Source of the DNA: Zootoca vivipara
Taxonomy: Eukaryota
Assembly: GCF_963506605.1 (NCBI RefSeq)
Contig: NC_083285.1
Span: 39,246,001-39,310,000, forward strand
DNA length: 64,000 bases
Direction: 5' to 3'
Position 1 is the first letter of the stretch. The number at the start of each line of letters is the position of its first letter. The translations under genes were made by a program, and so were the position numbers. The notes beneath the pieces were generated by a model. The model was given only the letters and a program-made list of their open reading frames with translations. It made no database searches and was not told where the DNA came from. Shown piece after piece: positions 13,027 through 25,405 of this stretch.

Positions 13027-14640
13027 CCAGGGGACCTTTCAGGCCTCGGCCCGCTAGCGGGTTCCGGGGATCCCTCTGACAACAGGGCGGCTGGGAAGAT
13101 AGGAAGGAGGATCTGGAGAGCCAGGACGGCTCTTGTCCCGGTCACGCACATGGTTCAGCGGGCTGCCGTCCTAATGCACATGATCGTGTAAGCCTTAGCC
13201 TTCACGCACACCATTCTTCTGCTTAGCGTTTTTTATGTGCTAAGCATTTAATCTCATTTCATGAGAAAATTCTCTCTGGCAGATTACGTTTCTGTAGTGC
13301 AAAAGGTGCATTTTTAGAGTAAATGGGTTCAGGCCGTAGGTGTTTCTAGCTTTACGACAGCGAGGTTGCTACTCTGCAAATCAGTGCTGTGCAACGAAAT
13401 GGAAAACCAAACGTGCACGATGCTCAGTCGGTAGTTGGATATTCCCTCTTTCCCACCCCCACCCACATCCTCGCAGGAACTCTGTGAAGGTGGTAGGCTA
13501 AGAATGATTGAGGGGTCCATGATTATCTGGTGAGTTGCATGTCTCAGTAGGATTTGAACCTAGGGCTCCAGAGTCCTAGTCCAGTACTCCCAAGCATGGA
13601 AACATGCTGGTTTTAGAACTGAGCATGTTGTAGGGCAAATAAAATAGATGCACTTGAATTTGGTGCATGGCCCTGTGAGATATAGGAGTGCATCCCCAGA
13701 ACACGCCAATGTTTAACCTCAGAATTCTATGATTCTTCTTTTTTTACCTAAATGTTTTTCTATCAAATTGATGGTCATTAAATAATCTTAAGAGATTCCA
13801 AGGGCCAGTTTGGACATAACAATTCTGCTTAATAAAATAGGTCATTAATCCAAGACCAAGCCTTACACCAGCACACTCCCCCCCCCCCGCACTAGCTTCA
13901 AGGCTTTTATTGCGGTTACTTTAATTTTGGTCTTAAAAAGAAATCCTGATATGAAACCAAGTTCAAAGTTATCATTCACACAATCTGTTCTGGTTCTGTC
14001 CTGTGAAACTCTTCCTCCAGGAGTTTTTGAATGCCTCATAATCTTTAGAGCATATTTTAAAACCTTACTTTTTGGGAAAGCTTTTAATGTGCCCTAGTAC
14101 TTTAAATATGAGTTCTGTGTTTGCCATTTTAATTCTCAGCATAATTGAATGTATGTTAGCCTATTAAATTATGACAGTTTGATATACTGTACCACTTTCT
14201 GAGTTCATATGTTAAGAAAATGGTATTAAGTGTCCTAAAGTAACAAAACATGGCTTATTTTATGATAAATAGTATGTTTCACAGCACACTGCAGATAGTA
14301 CCGGTAGACATTTTCCAGCAAATAAGGTTGGAAAATGGACAAATGAAAAATGTATTAAGAATAACTAATGTAAAATCTGATGATACAATTCATAATCAAA
14401 TTAGCTTCCTCAGAATGGTTACAAAATTCTTTTCTTTAATAACCATTGATTTTTACAAGGAATTGAAATGCACACCAGATTAGGTCAATGGAACAAGACC
14501 CACCAGAGTCACAAAAATAACTTCAGCCTCTTTTCCCCTCCTGTCACCACCTGCTGTCACAACCATCATTGCAGAAAAGAACATTGTCTTGCTGACTCTT
14601 CTTTTTTCCTCTTTCAGGAACTTTACTTTTGTTGGCCACC

Positions 14641-14751
14641 ATGTTTGTGTTAGTGGAGATGACTGATACTGTGCGGATTCCTCCATGGCAGTTTGAAAGG
14701 AAGCTTAATGATGCTATCACTGAAGAGTTGAATAAGAAGTTAGCCAATAAG
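14641..14751 (+). CDS. POLR3H: POLR3H (RNA polymerase III subunit RPC8/RPC25) coding exon 1
   Basis: gccaccATG Kozak; [37 protein letters not shown]|gtaaag; exon begins at 14618. Confidence 0.96.
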
Positions 14752-15360
14752 GTAAAGGTTAAGTGTTGTAGGCCATGACTGACTAGAGGTTTTTATTGGA
14801 AAACAACTGTATTGTAAATGTGAAGATTTTTAGAAGCAGGCCCGTTTGTTGACTGAAAATAGCATCTGTGGCTTAGTGCTACCGTAATAAACAGTATAAT
14901 GTCATATGTAAGACTAGGCATGATGCAAAATCACATACGGTACTTAACTGGTGTAATTGCAGTGGCTACAGTAGTTTGCACAACTGGAAAAATAGCTCTA
15001 CCAGATTTTGACCAGTCTAAATTCAGTATCCAAGTGAGATGCAATGTAGTATAAGACTGGAATGTAAATGGGAGATAAAAAAAAATAAGTAGAAACTAGA
15101 AGTGGAGCATTTGTTTAGGAAATGCACTCCAATTTCTTCTTAGCTATCTGTCATCTTTCTCTACTGCTTTTGCCAGCTGAGGCCGGCACATATAATTTTC
15201 TGCTAAACAGTTATTTTGAATCAGTTCACCAGTTTGGTTCATCTGCACACCTTTCCTTGTGCATAAACTCTGGCATGTTGTTTCAGGAAGGCTTAACACA
15301 TTTCCTCTAGTTGCTGGAATTTATTGCTCTCTGGATTTTGTTTTCCCCACCCCCAAACAG

Positions 15361-15457
15361 GTTGTGTATAATGTTGGCCTCTGCATCTGCCTTTACGACA
15401 TCACAAAACTGGAAGATTCCTACATATTCCCAGGAGATGGTGCATCACATACAAAAG
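15361..15457 (+). CDS. POLR3H: POLR3H coding exon 2
   Basis: [32 protein letters not shown]; 97 nt. Confidence 0.96.
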
Positions 15458-15917
15458 GTTTGTCTCTTATTATTCTTAATATGAGCACTTTGGATTGGTA
15501 GGAGAGTTGACAACCACAAAATTTAAGAGAGGTACCTACAGCAATATGAACATGAGTAGACAGCACTACAGTACTTTAAGATCTCTATTTTCTTCATGTG
15601 GGAATCTACGTTTTGCTAGTAAAGCAGCAGATACTTTCTGTAGCAAATACATTTGGGAACTGCTTCATAGGCAGAAATCAGAGGAAGTCCCTTTCACTTC
15701 GTTTAATCCTTAGAACTTGCTATCCCTTAGGAGAGTTATGGTGACACGCTAGTTATGCTGCAGTACCACATTTTCTTACCTATTGCTAATATTCTCAAGG
15801 AAGTAGGCTTGTTCTACATGTTTACATATTGATGTTCTAGGTTGGAGAATTAGAAATACAGTATGATATGCTGACCTATGGCATGGTTGGGGAGCAACTT
15901 CAGCAGAAGGACTAGAT

Positions 15918-16053
15918 CAGGCATCCCCAAACTTCGGCCCTCCAGATGTTTTGGACTACAATTCCCATCATCCCTGACCACTGGTCCTGTTAGCTAAGGA
16001 TCATGGGAGTTGTAGGCCAAAACATCTGGAGGGCCACAGTTTGGGGATGCTTG
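15918..16053. mobile_element. Palindromic hAT MITE (CAGGCATCCCC family)
   Basis: 8-bp TSD GACTAGAT. Confidence 0.9.
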
Positions 16054-17381
16054 GACTAGATCCAGAAGTGAGCAGCCCTCCATGAGCCACTTTGACAGGT
16101 GGTCACTTAATTGGTCACGCTTATTGCTTAGACATACATTATCTCCTGTGTAGGATCTGATGTGCAGGCACACATTAAAAATCATGGTATAAATAGCTTG
16201 CAGTACCACGCTATATATGCCAACTTTGGAAGCAAGTTTACGTTTGGGACAATCCCAAGTAAGTGGGTACCGGATGTGGCCTAGGCTTTGTTTTCAGATT
16301 CACATTTGAAAAAGCAGGGTCCTTGTGCCTTTAAAAGCTGCGTCTCAACTATCAGGTCTAGCAAGACATAGTTGATTTCCAATAGCAAACATGAGGCTGC
16401 CAGGGGCATGTATTACCCACGCACCACATGGCAGCCATGTTGTATTATGCCGTGTCCCTCCATGGCAACCATTTTGTAACTAGTGCCAACAGGGCTCTCA
16501 AAATTCAAAATGTGCCAATTGGTCCAAAAAGGTTGGTGATCCCTGTCTTAAATTCTCAACTTATCACACTTTTCTACTTTAGAATGCTGATGGATTTATC
16601 AGTCATGGAATGGTGACAGTATATTACTTGCAATGTGCATAATATGTACCTTTATGCTCCTGCATAAATGACACTTGTTCTTATCCTTTCCCTTGACTTG
16701 TTTTGCTATTTTTTTATTCATAAGTTTCTTACGGAAAATGAAAGGTACTGACAGACTTTTTCCCCAGTGTGTATTTCAGTTGTTCACTCTAGAAACTGCT
16801 GGTGTCTTGACCTTCATTTATTTTGTATCTAATATCTGACAAGACAAATCTAAAAGACCACTTGGGTGCAAACAGGGCTACTCTAATCTTCATTTCCCTT
16901 ACTGCTGCAGTTCACTCAGCACTGTCCTATTTGCTCTAGTTACCGATCAAAACAAGTCTATTTTCAGTCTGCCAGGCTTGCAGAATCTCAAAAAGCTGAC
17001 ACAGCTGCCCAGAAACTGGACTGATGCACATCATTAGAGCAATGACATAGAAGCATAGATTGAAAGCTTAGTTTTCCTTAGGATTTCTCAGACAGTTTTT
17101 GAGAGCTGGAGAGGTGCAATTAATGATGTGTGATCATGGCTTTTGAAATGCTTAGTCCCCTAAACATGAGTGTCTCCAGCTGTGTGCATGTCTGAGTGAA
17201 GATACTGGATTTTGTCAAGTAGAGAAAGTCAGAAGCAAGGGCCAACTCCACCCACCCATGCTTTGCCAGTATCATGGTTTTGGGTCTTTTGGTTCTGCCC
17301 TGCATTTAATACAGCATTTTACACCTTCCCATTGGAGCCCATGTCCTATATTTAAAGAGACAAAACCCTTATGCTTCTGTT

Positions 17382-18915
17382 GTTGTTGTTGTTTAGTCGT
17401 TTAGTCGTGTCCGACTCTTCGTGACCCCATGGACCATAGCACGCCAGGCACTCCTGTCTTGCACTGCCTCCCGCAATTTGGTCAAACTCATGTTCGTAGC
17501 TTCGAGAACACTGTCCAACCATCTTGTCCTCTGTCGTCCCCTTCTCCTAGTGCCCTCAATCTTTCCCAACATCAGGGTCTTTTCCAAGGATTCTTCTCTT
17601 CTCATGAGGTGGCCAAAGTATTGGAGCCTGAGCTTCACGATCTGTCCTTCCAGGGAGCACTCAGGGCTGATTTCCTTAAGAATGGATAGGTTTGATCTTC
17701 TTGCAGTCCATGGGACTCTCAAGAGTCTCCTCCAGCACCATAATTCAAAAGCATCAATTCTTCGGCGATCAGCCTTCTTTATGGTCCAGCTCTCACTTCC
17801 ATACATCACTACTGGGAAAACCATAGCTTTAACTATACGGACCTTTGTCGGCAAGGTGATGTCTCTGCTTTTTAAGATGCTGTCTAGGTTTGTCATTGCT
17901 TTTCTCCCAAGAAGCAGGCGTCTTTTAATTTCGTGACTGCTGTCACCATCTGCAGTGATCAAGGAGCCCAAGAAAGTAAAATCTCTCACTGCCTCCATTT
18001 CTTCCCCTTCTATTTGCCAGGAGGTGATGGGACCAGTGGCCATGATCTTGGTTTTTTTGATGTTGAGCTTCAGACCATATTTTGCGCTCTCCTCTTTCAC
18101 CCTCATTAAAAGGTTCTTTAATTCCTCCTCGCTTTCTGCCATCAAGGTTGTGTCATCTGCATATCTGAGGTTGTTGATATTTCTTCCGGCAATCTTAATT
18201 CCGGCTTGGGATTCATCTAGTCCAGCCTTTCGCATGATGAATTCTGCATATAAGTTAAATAAGCAGGGAGACAATATACAACCTTGTCGTACTCCTTTCC
18301 CAATTTTGAACCAATCAGTTGTTCCATATCCAGTTCTAACTGTAGCTTCTTGTCCCACATAGAGATTTCTCAGGAGACAGATGAGGTGATCAGGCACTCC
18401 CATTTCTTTAAGAACTTGCCATAGTTTGCTGTGGTCGACACAGTCAAAGGCTTTTGCATAGTCAATGAAGCAGAAGTAGACGTTTTTCTGGAACTCTCTA
18501 GCTTTCTCCATAATCCAGCGCATGTTTGCTATTTGGTCTCTGGTTCCTCTGCCCTTTCGAAATCCAGCTTGCACTTCTGGGAGTTCTCGGTCCACATACT
18601 GCCTAAGCCTGCCTTGTAGAATTTTAAGCATAACCTTGCTAGCGTGTGAAATGAGCGCAATTGTGCGGTAGTTGGAGCATTCTTTGGCACTGCCCTTCTT
18701 TGGAATTGGGATGTAGACTGATCTTCTCCAATCCTCTGGCCATTGCTGAGTTTTCCAAACTTGCTGGCATATTGGGTGTAGCACCTTAACAGCATCATCT
18801 TTTAAAATTTTAAATAGTTCAGCTGGAATATCATCACTTCCACTGGCCTTGTTATTAGCAGTGCTTTCTAAGGCCCATTTGACTTCACTCTCCAAGATGT
18901 CTGGCTCAAGGTCAG
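17382..18915 (-). mobile_element. RTE-BovB LINE, 5'-truncated, uninterrupted RT ORF (17393..18895, 500 aa), in a POLR3H intron
   Basis: RT motifs QGCILSP and LRYADD; (CAA)n tail; perfect 12-bp TSD TATGCTTCTGTT at 17370-17381 and 18916-18927. Confidence 0.95.
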
Positions 18916-19192
18916 TATGCTTCTGTTAAACAACTACAAACATTTTGCCACACTTGCTTTGGTGATTGTAGGAACAGTCACTGAAACTTAGGAGGTTTTG
19001 GCTTGAAATGGGAATACCACTGTATGGTGATATTTGAGCCTGCTCAGCCCATTCATTATTTATCCAAGTTTTTTCAGAAACTAGTAAATAGCAAAATGCT
19101 AGTATTGGATTGCTATTTTAGCAATCCATAGGGAGGGAGGGAATCGTGACTTGTTCAAGCAGCATATTGTGTTGTTTCTTTTTCTTTTTCAG

Positions 19193-19279
19193 TGCATTTT
19201 CGGTATGTTGTGTTTCACCCCTTTCTGGATGAAATTCTGGTTGGAGTAATAAAAGGCTGCAGTCTGGAAGGAGTTCGGG
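19193..19279 (+). CDS. POLR3H: POLR3H coding exon 3
   Basis: (V)[28 protein letters not shown]; 87 nt. Confidence 0.95.
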
Positions 19280-19769
19280 GTAAATTTTAACTTTTACTAG
19301 TAATTCACCAAATAATCACAGGAATATTGTGTGTAGGACTGCAGTGGGTGTCTAGAATTATGGAATATTATACCAAGATAACCAGCAGATATCTCAAAAG
19401 AAAGACTGTTCTATTAATAAAGTTTGACGTTATTATGGTTAAGATGTTTGGAATCACTCCTTAATAGCAGCAAAACATAGCCAAAAGAACTGAACTTCAG
19501 TTTCTTTTCTGAAAAATAAATAAAAATAAGAATATAGAATGAAAGGTGGAAAAACATATTTGAGGCTTAAAGTTGTTCTCCTTTATAGTCCTGATGGGTG
19601 TTCCAATTCTGCATTTATTAAATTTACAGTATAGCGGAAAGAATGCTGGACATAGGTTCAGATTCCTTATTGGACATGCCACTAGGTGATGGCATGGGGA
19701 AAGCTTAAATTCTAGGAGTCACATTGCATCCATCTTGCTTCTTTATTAATCTGAACTTCTTTTTTGTAG

Positions 19770-19833
19770 TTTCACTTGGGTTCTTTGATGACATCATCAT
19801 TCCTCCAGAATCCCTACAGCAACCTGCCAAGTT
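19770..19833 (+). CDS. POLR3H: POLR3H coding exon 4
   Basis: (V)[20 protein letters not shown](F); 64 nt; followed by GTATCCTC. Confidence 0.95.
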
Positions 19834-21154
19834 GTATCCTCTAAACAGTTCCATGATGCTGGATGTCTAAAGATGTATAATATGAAATCTACTTCCCTTC
19901 GGATGGAGTCTATTTTTACTTAATGCAAAAACCCCTATGAGTATGTTGCAAAACGTTCCAGTAGATTGTGTTACTTAATGCTAGACTAATATTAACATTA
20001 GGGACGTGGGTGGCGCTGTGGTCTAAAACAGAGCCGAGGGCTTGCCGATCAGAAGGTCAGCGGTTCTAATGCCTGCGATGGGGTGAGCTCCCGTTGTTTG
20101 GTCCCAGCTCTTGCCCACCAAGCAGTTCGAAAGCACTTCAAGTGCAAGTAGATAAATAGGTACTGCTCCGGCAGGAAGGTAAATGGCGTTTCCGTGCGTT
20201 GCTCTGGTTCGCCAGAAGCGACTTAGTCATGCTGCTGTCTGCGGATAAACACCGGCTTCCTAGGCCTATGGAGCGAGATTAGTGCCGCAACCCCAGAGTC
20301 GTCCGTGACTGGACCTAATGGTCAGGGGTACCTTTACCTTTAATATTAACATTCAGTATTCCACAGCTCAGGAAAACCTCAATGTAATTTTTGAACAACT
20401 GGATGTATCCAACACTTTCACAATGGATCTTTCATTTACCCTCATCCCTCACTGCCCCCCCCAAGCTCATTTAGAGAGGAATTATCATTGTGAACTGTGT
20501 CATCTGGTGCGGCAGGTGTAAAAGGTCAGGCTTGCAGGGCACAAGATTCCTCCGCCTAATCTTGGGCAACCTCCCCAGGCACAAACTCTGTAGCCATGGA
20601 TGGACACAGCCTTCAGTTTTTGGTAGGGCCCCCAGACTGTAGGGAAGCTTTGTGGAAACTGTTGGGGAAGAGGAAAAGATCCATTGCACAAAGCTGCCTT
20701 CCACTTGCACATTGGATACAACTCAGATTAGTTGGGTTGAGGGCATGGTGTGAAGGGCATTAATAGGAAGAGATCACTTGAGGTTTGGGAAGCGGCAGTC
20801 CAAGTCAAACGTCTGATTTGTTTCCATCCTGAGCCCTGTGGTTAGTTGCTGGATTGAATTCAATTTTCTTGCTTCATAACGTAAGAGACATTTATTAGCA
20901 GATCTAGCATGGTCTGTGTTCTGTGAGAAAACCTTGCACAGGGGACAGTGAAATGTATTTTCCAGAATGCATTTAGAATAATTTGCATCAGAAAATTTTC
21001 CATTGCTGTAGAGTGATCTAATTTAGCATGCTTATTTTACTTGTACTTAGTTAAAAAGCTGTGAGAGCCAAATCTCAGAAAAGGGATTTCATACTTCAAT
21101 TTAAACTTCTATGCCTTCTTATCCCACTGTTGCCTTAACTTTCTATGTGCCCAG
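19834..21154 (+). other. POLR3H: U12-type (minor spliceosome) GT-AG intron of POLR3H
   Basis: 5' site GTATCCTC; branch point CCTTAAC at 21133-21139, 15 nt before the 3' splice site; reading frame requires these boundaries. Confidence 0.9.
20001..20340 (+). mobile_element. Sauria/Squam1 SINE (inside the U12 intron)
   Basis: GGGACG..GGTGGCGCTGTGG tRNA-like head, ACCTTT tail; TSD TAATATTAACATT. Confidence 0.9.
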
Positions 21155-21362
21155 TGATGAAGCAGAACAAGTATGGGTTTGGGAATATGAGACTGAAGAA
21201 GGAGCCCATGACCTGTATATGGATACAGGAGAGGAAATCCGTTTCCGTGTGGTTGATGAAACTTTCATTGACACATCCCCAACAGGCCCAAGCTCTGCAG
21301 AGCCCTCCACCTCTAGTGCCACAGAGGAGGTGCAGAAGAAGGAAGCCCCCTACACACTAGTG
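21155..21362 (+). CDS. POLR3H: POLR3H coding exon 5
   Basis: [35 protein letters not shown]...KKEAPYTLV; ORF 21111..21374; 208 nt. Confidence 0.96.
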
Positions 21363-21396
21363 GTAACTATTTAACACTACTCCTTTCTACATAAAA

Positions 21397-21750
21397 GGGA
21401 CCCAGGTGGCGCTGTGGGCTAAACCACTGAGCCTAGGGCTTGCTGATCAGAAGGTCGGCGGTTCGAATCCCTGTGACGGGGTGAGCTCCCGTTGCTTGGT
21501 CCCGGCTCCTGCCAACCTAGCAGTTCGAAAGCACATCAAAATGCAAGTAGATAAATAAGAACCGCTATAGCGGGAAGGTAAATGGCGTTTCCATGTGCTG
21601 CTCTGGTTTGCCAGAAGTGGCTTTGTCATGCTGGCCACATGACCTGGAAGCTATACGCCGGCTCCCTCGGCCAATAATGCGAGATGAGCGCGCAACCCCA
21701 GAGTCAGTCACGACTGGACCAAATGGTCAGGGTTCCCTTTACCTTTACCT
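21397..21750 (+). mobile_element. Sauria/Squam1 SINE
   Basis: Full length; flanking repeat CCTTTCTACATA; ~35 nt downstream of a POLR3H donor. Confidence 0.9.
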
Positions 21751-21974
21751 TTCTACATAGGCTTTTGAAATATCCTTTCACTACCTAAAAGTAGTCACAT
21801 CCTTGGTGATAGGATGTAGACCTTATTCTTTCAGCCATTTATAATTGTGAGGAAAGGGTATGAGGATCTCTAAGTGACCTCTGAAAAACACAGAATTCAG
21901 AGAATACTGCAGATTAAATGGATAATCCAGATTTTCATGTGCTAAATTCTAACATATATTCTTTCTCTGTGCAG

Positions 21975-22028
21975 GGATCTATCAGTGAACCTGGTCTGGG
22001 TCTCCTATCCTGGTGGACAAACAGTTAG
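21975..22028 (+). CDS. POLR3H: POLR3H last coding exon
   Basis: GSISEPGLGLLSWWTNS*; total CDS 621 nt = 206 aa; AATAAA hexamers downstream (~22544, 23076, 23163, 23557). Confidence 0.96.
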   Translation, partial: GSISEPGLGLLSWWTNS

Positions 22029-24419
22029 CCAAAGGGGGAGACTTCCACAAAATGGGCATTTACCAGATTGGAAAAGCCACTGTGTGCATTTTTCTCTCCT
22101 TAGAAAGCAACTGCAGAATGGAAGCTTTGTGTTTCTATTTCTACTTTGCCCTACTTCTGAAGTAGAAGACGAGTGGGAACATCCAGTGTGATGTCATCAA
22201 CACAGAATATTTGCATACCATGGCCCTGTCAACAAACTCTTGTGGTTCTGATCTTTCCACCTAGCAGAACTGGGTACAAGAGCCTAGGAAGAATCTGCTA
22301 CCCTAAAAGAAATTTAAGACAGGCCTTGTGTTTAAAGCAGATGCAAGAAGAAACTTTGAAGAACTTCAGTCTAGAAGAAACCAGTAGCGATTTGAGAGGT
22401 GGAGAGGAATGATATTATGAAAGCTTGCAGTCATTTTACTGAATCCCTCTTGTTCCTTTTCCCCATTTGGATGGAGGTGTTTCTGACAGTGGAGGAAATT
22501 CATGCCCTTGGCTTTTAAAGGTCACATACTGATGAGGAAGATGAATAAAGCTAGGGCAAGGGTAAGAATCGAATCTATATAGCCATCAGGCTGCCTCCAA
22601 TGGGTCTTCCTGAATATCTTGGAACTATTTGCCCTGGAAAATTCAGTGAGCCACTGTACTTGCAGAACACACTAATAACTGGGGTTAGTAAGTCTGCAGT
22701 GTTTAGAGAGCAAACAAACCTTGTTAGCTACCCTTCTTAATCTTGCTGTCTTCCATGAAAACATGTGACTTCAGTTTGTTTTTAACTTAGAAACGTAGAT
22801 GGACTATAGCCTTTTTTCCCTCTACAGAACAAAATTCTAATGAAAGCTGCTGTAGATATGAATGACACCTCAAAACTCAACAACTTTTGTTGACTTTCTG
22901 TATAAGGAGGAAGAGATTCACATCTTGAAGTAGATAATACTTCCTTGGGCATTGGATAGGAGTGCAAACATAGACAATGGCCATTCAGTTTTTGGTCTTT
23001 GACTGCATTGTAGTGGAAAATATAGAACATTGGGCAACAGTGCAAAAGGCACACAAAGACACAATCACAATACACAATAAAAACATTCCTATGGCATAGG
23101 ACTATGTATGTGGACCACTAATGAGAAAAGCAAAGCTAGGACTACCAGAGCATCAGGTGATAAATAAAGCTCTTCATTTTAAGAAGGCCTTTGACGTGCA
23201 TGTCTTATGGTAACATACTTGAATAGAGCCTGCTTCTTGATGACAATATATTTGGCTTACTGGTGAAGTCACTCTGACTTGGCTGTTCCTGCTTCAAAGC
23301 CTTGATTGGAGGTTTTAATGCTGTTGTAACCCACTGAGGGTTGTGCAGGACATCTGCTTCTGATGTTCCTATGTGAGGTGATTAATGCAGAGCCAATGTC
23401 TTTCTAATAAATATTGCTAGTGTATAATGACTGGAACAGCAGCTTTGGTTATAAAGGATATACGAGTTAACTATACAGCCAGAGAAGTGGCAAGGCCATC
23501 AGGTTTTTAACTGCTTTTCAATGAAAGCCTCCTGAAATGTAGGGACCTGAAGTTCTAATAAACTTTGCACTGGTTTAAATCTTCTATTTTATTGTATAGT
23601 GCTGCCTAAAAGAATTTACATTTTGTGTGTGATGTTGACATGACACATCAACCAATTGAATAGGTACACAGTTTTTAAGCACCTAAATAAAGTTCCCCAG
23701 AAATAACCACTTTTCTTTCTTGCCATTAAGCAAAGGCTTTTCTATTGTGACTCCGTCAATATAGAATCTGAACAAGCTTAATTAATAAATACACTCAGGC
23801 TCCTAGCCAATAACCAATTATGTGTGACTTAGCACCACTGAAATCATTAAGACTTTTGAGTAGACATGATTTTTTATTTAAAATATAGTTTAATCATTAG
23901 AATTTCTGTTCAATGACATTTTAAAAAATCATATATTTAAAAAATAAGAAATTATAAACTCAACCACTGCTTTAAAATGCTTGCTGAACCAGAGAGTCAT
24001 GTAGCTGAAGTTCAAGAAGTGCATTGTCTAAGCTTTGTCGAGGGTTGGGCCCACTGCACTGATTGTACAACATTGTACTGCTTTTATTCCACATGGTTGG
24101 AAGGACACATTTGAAATCCATAAGTGAACTTTAGAGAATATTAGAATCATCGTCTTTATTTTAACCCTTGTATATAACACACTTCAATGTGGAAAATTCC
24201 CAAGATGACTTATCAATGCATCCAGCAGAGTAACAAAGTAATCCAAAAATTAAAACATAAACATAAACCAAAGGCAGTGTTAAATTCACAGCTCAAAGGA
24301 CTGCAGAAATAAGCTTTGTGTGTGTGCCATTTTCTGACCAGTCAATGTTTTAGTAAATCTGCCACAATTCTTGAGTAATGCTATTCCAAGATGGCCTAGA
24401 TTAAAAATGGAATCAAATA

Positions 24420-24872
24420 CAGGTGAAACTCGGAAAATTAGAATATCGTTGAAAAGCGCATTTATTTCAGTAATGCAACAAAAGGTGAAACCAATATATG
24501 AGATAGGTGTATGTATGACATCCAAAGCAAGATATGTCAAGCCTTTATTTGTTGTAATTATTTGTCGTTAGGTGGGTCAATTATAAATGGAATGTAATTA
24601 ATGACCAAACTGCGGGAGGCAGTGCAAGACAGGAGTGCCTGGCATGCTATGGTCCATGGGGTCACGAAGAGTCGGACACGACTAAACGACAACAACAATT
24701 AATGAAATGCAATAGCGATGTTTATTTTTGTATTATTGTAAGTATTTGTTTTATTACTGTGGAATTTCCAAAAGAAAGCATTTGTAAAAATTAAAAGAAA
24801 AATTAAAAATAAGTTGCATTACTGAAATAAATGCACTTTTCAACGATATTCTAATTTTCCGAGTTTCACCTG
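24420..24872. mobile_element. Tc1/mariner-type MITE with ~60-bp TIRs
   Basis: TA|CAGGTGAAACTCGGAAAATTAGAATATCG ... CGATATTCTAATTTTCCGAGTTTCACCTG|TA. Confidence 0.88.
24605..24696 (+). mobile_element. BovB extreme 3' fragment nested in a Tc1/mariner MITE
   Basis: Near-identical to the 3' end of the 17.4-kb BovB; TSD AATTAATGA at 24596-24604 and 24697-24705. Confidence 0.9.
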
Positions 24873-25405
24873 TAAAATTGGAATTTAAAGCGCCTTATAA
24901 AATTCATAACAAGCACTCATAACATCTAATTCACAATACAAAACATTAGTCTAAAACCGCCCCCAGCAATTTGCACATAGCTCCCGTGTCAAAAACTGAA
25001 TTGCTAGCATTTGATCTATACTAAAATATGGCGGAAGCCTTTTAGCTGGTTGCAGCCCCCGCAACCCCTCACTTGGAAACAATTCGTGTTTACCCAACGT
25101 TGTTGTCGGAGCGAGTTCTTGGCATCCCAGCAGCTTGTTTCCAGCACATAAACTGCCTCGAAATCTCCCCTTGCCGAGGCGTTTCCTGTTCTTGGAGCCT
25201 ACGTATTTTAAGTCTTGGTGGGGATTAGGGAGGGAAGAGATTGCGTTGACATACCTTGCTTGGCTTCATTTCTAATTTTATTTTGAATGCAAGCGAAGGC
25301 CAGTTTGGAGTATCGCAGAATTCTTGGGCGCCTCGGCCCAACAAGCCTACGAAGGAAAGGTGAGAGAGACCGGAGCTCCCCGATAGGCAGGAGCGGCCCC
25401 TAGGG

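Larger units (their letters stand above)
11180..13200. promoter_or_regulatory. Head-to-head CpG-rich promoter region of NUP205 (-) and POLR3H (+); copy A of the duplicated block
   Basis: Two CpG-dense patches (11.2-11.5 kb and 12.5-13.2 kb); NRF1-type palindrome TGCGCATGCGC at 12664-12674; CCAAT near 11504. Confidence 0.8.

Noticed and set aside
17421-18619. Plus-strand ORFs of 171, 135, 86 and 62 aa
   Set aside because: Antisense shadows of the BovB RT frame.
21447-21638. Recurrent MASMTKPLL... ORFs at several positions
   Set aside because: Translations of Sauria SINE copies, not a gene family.
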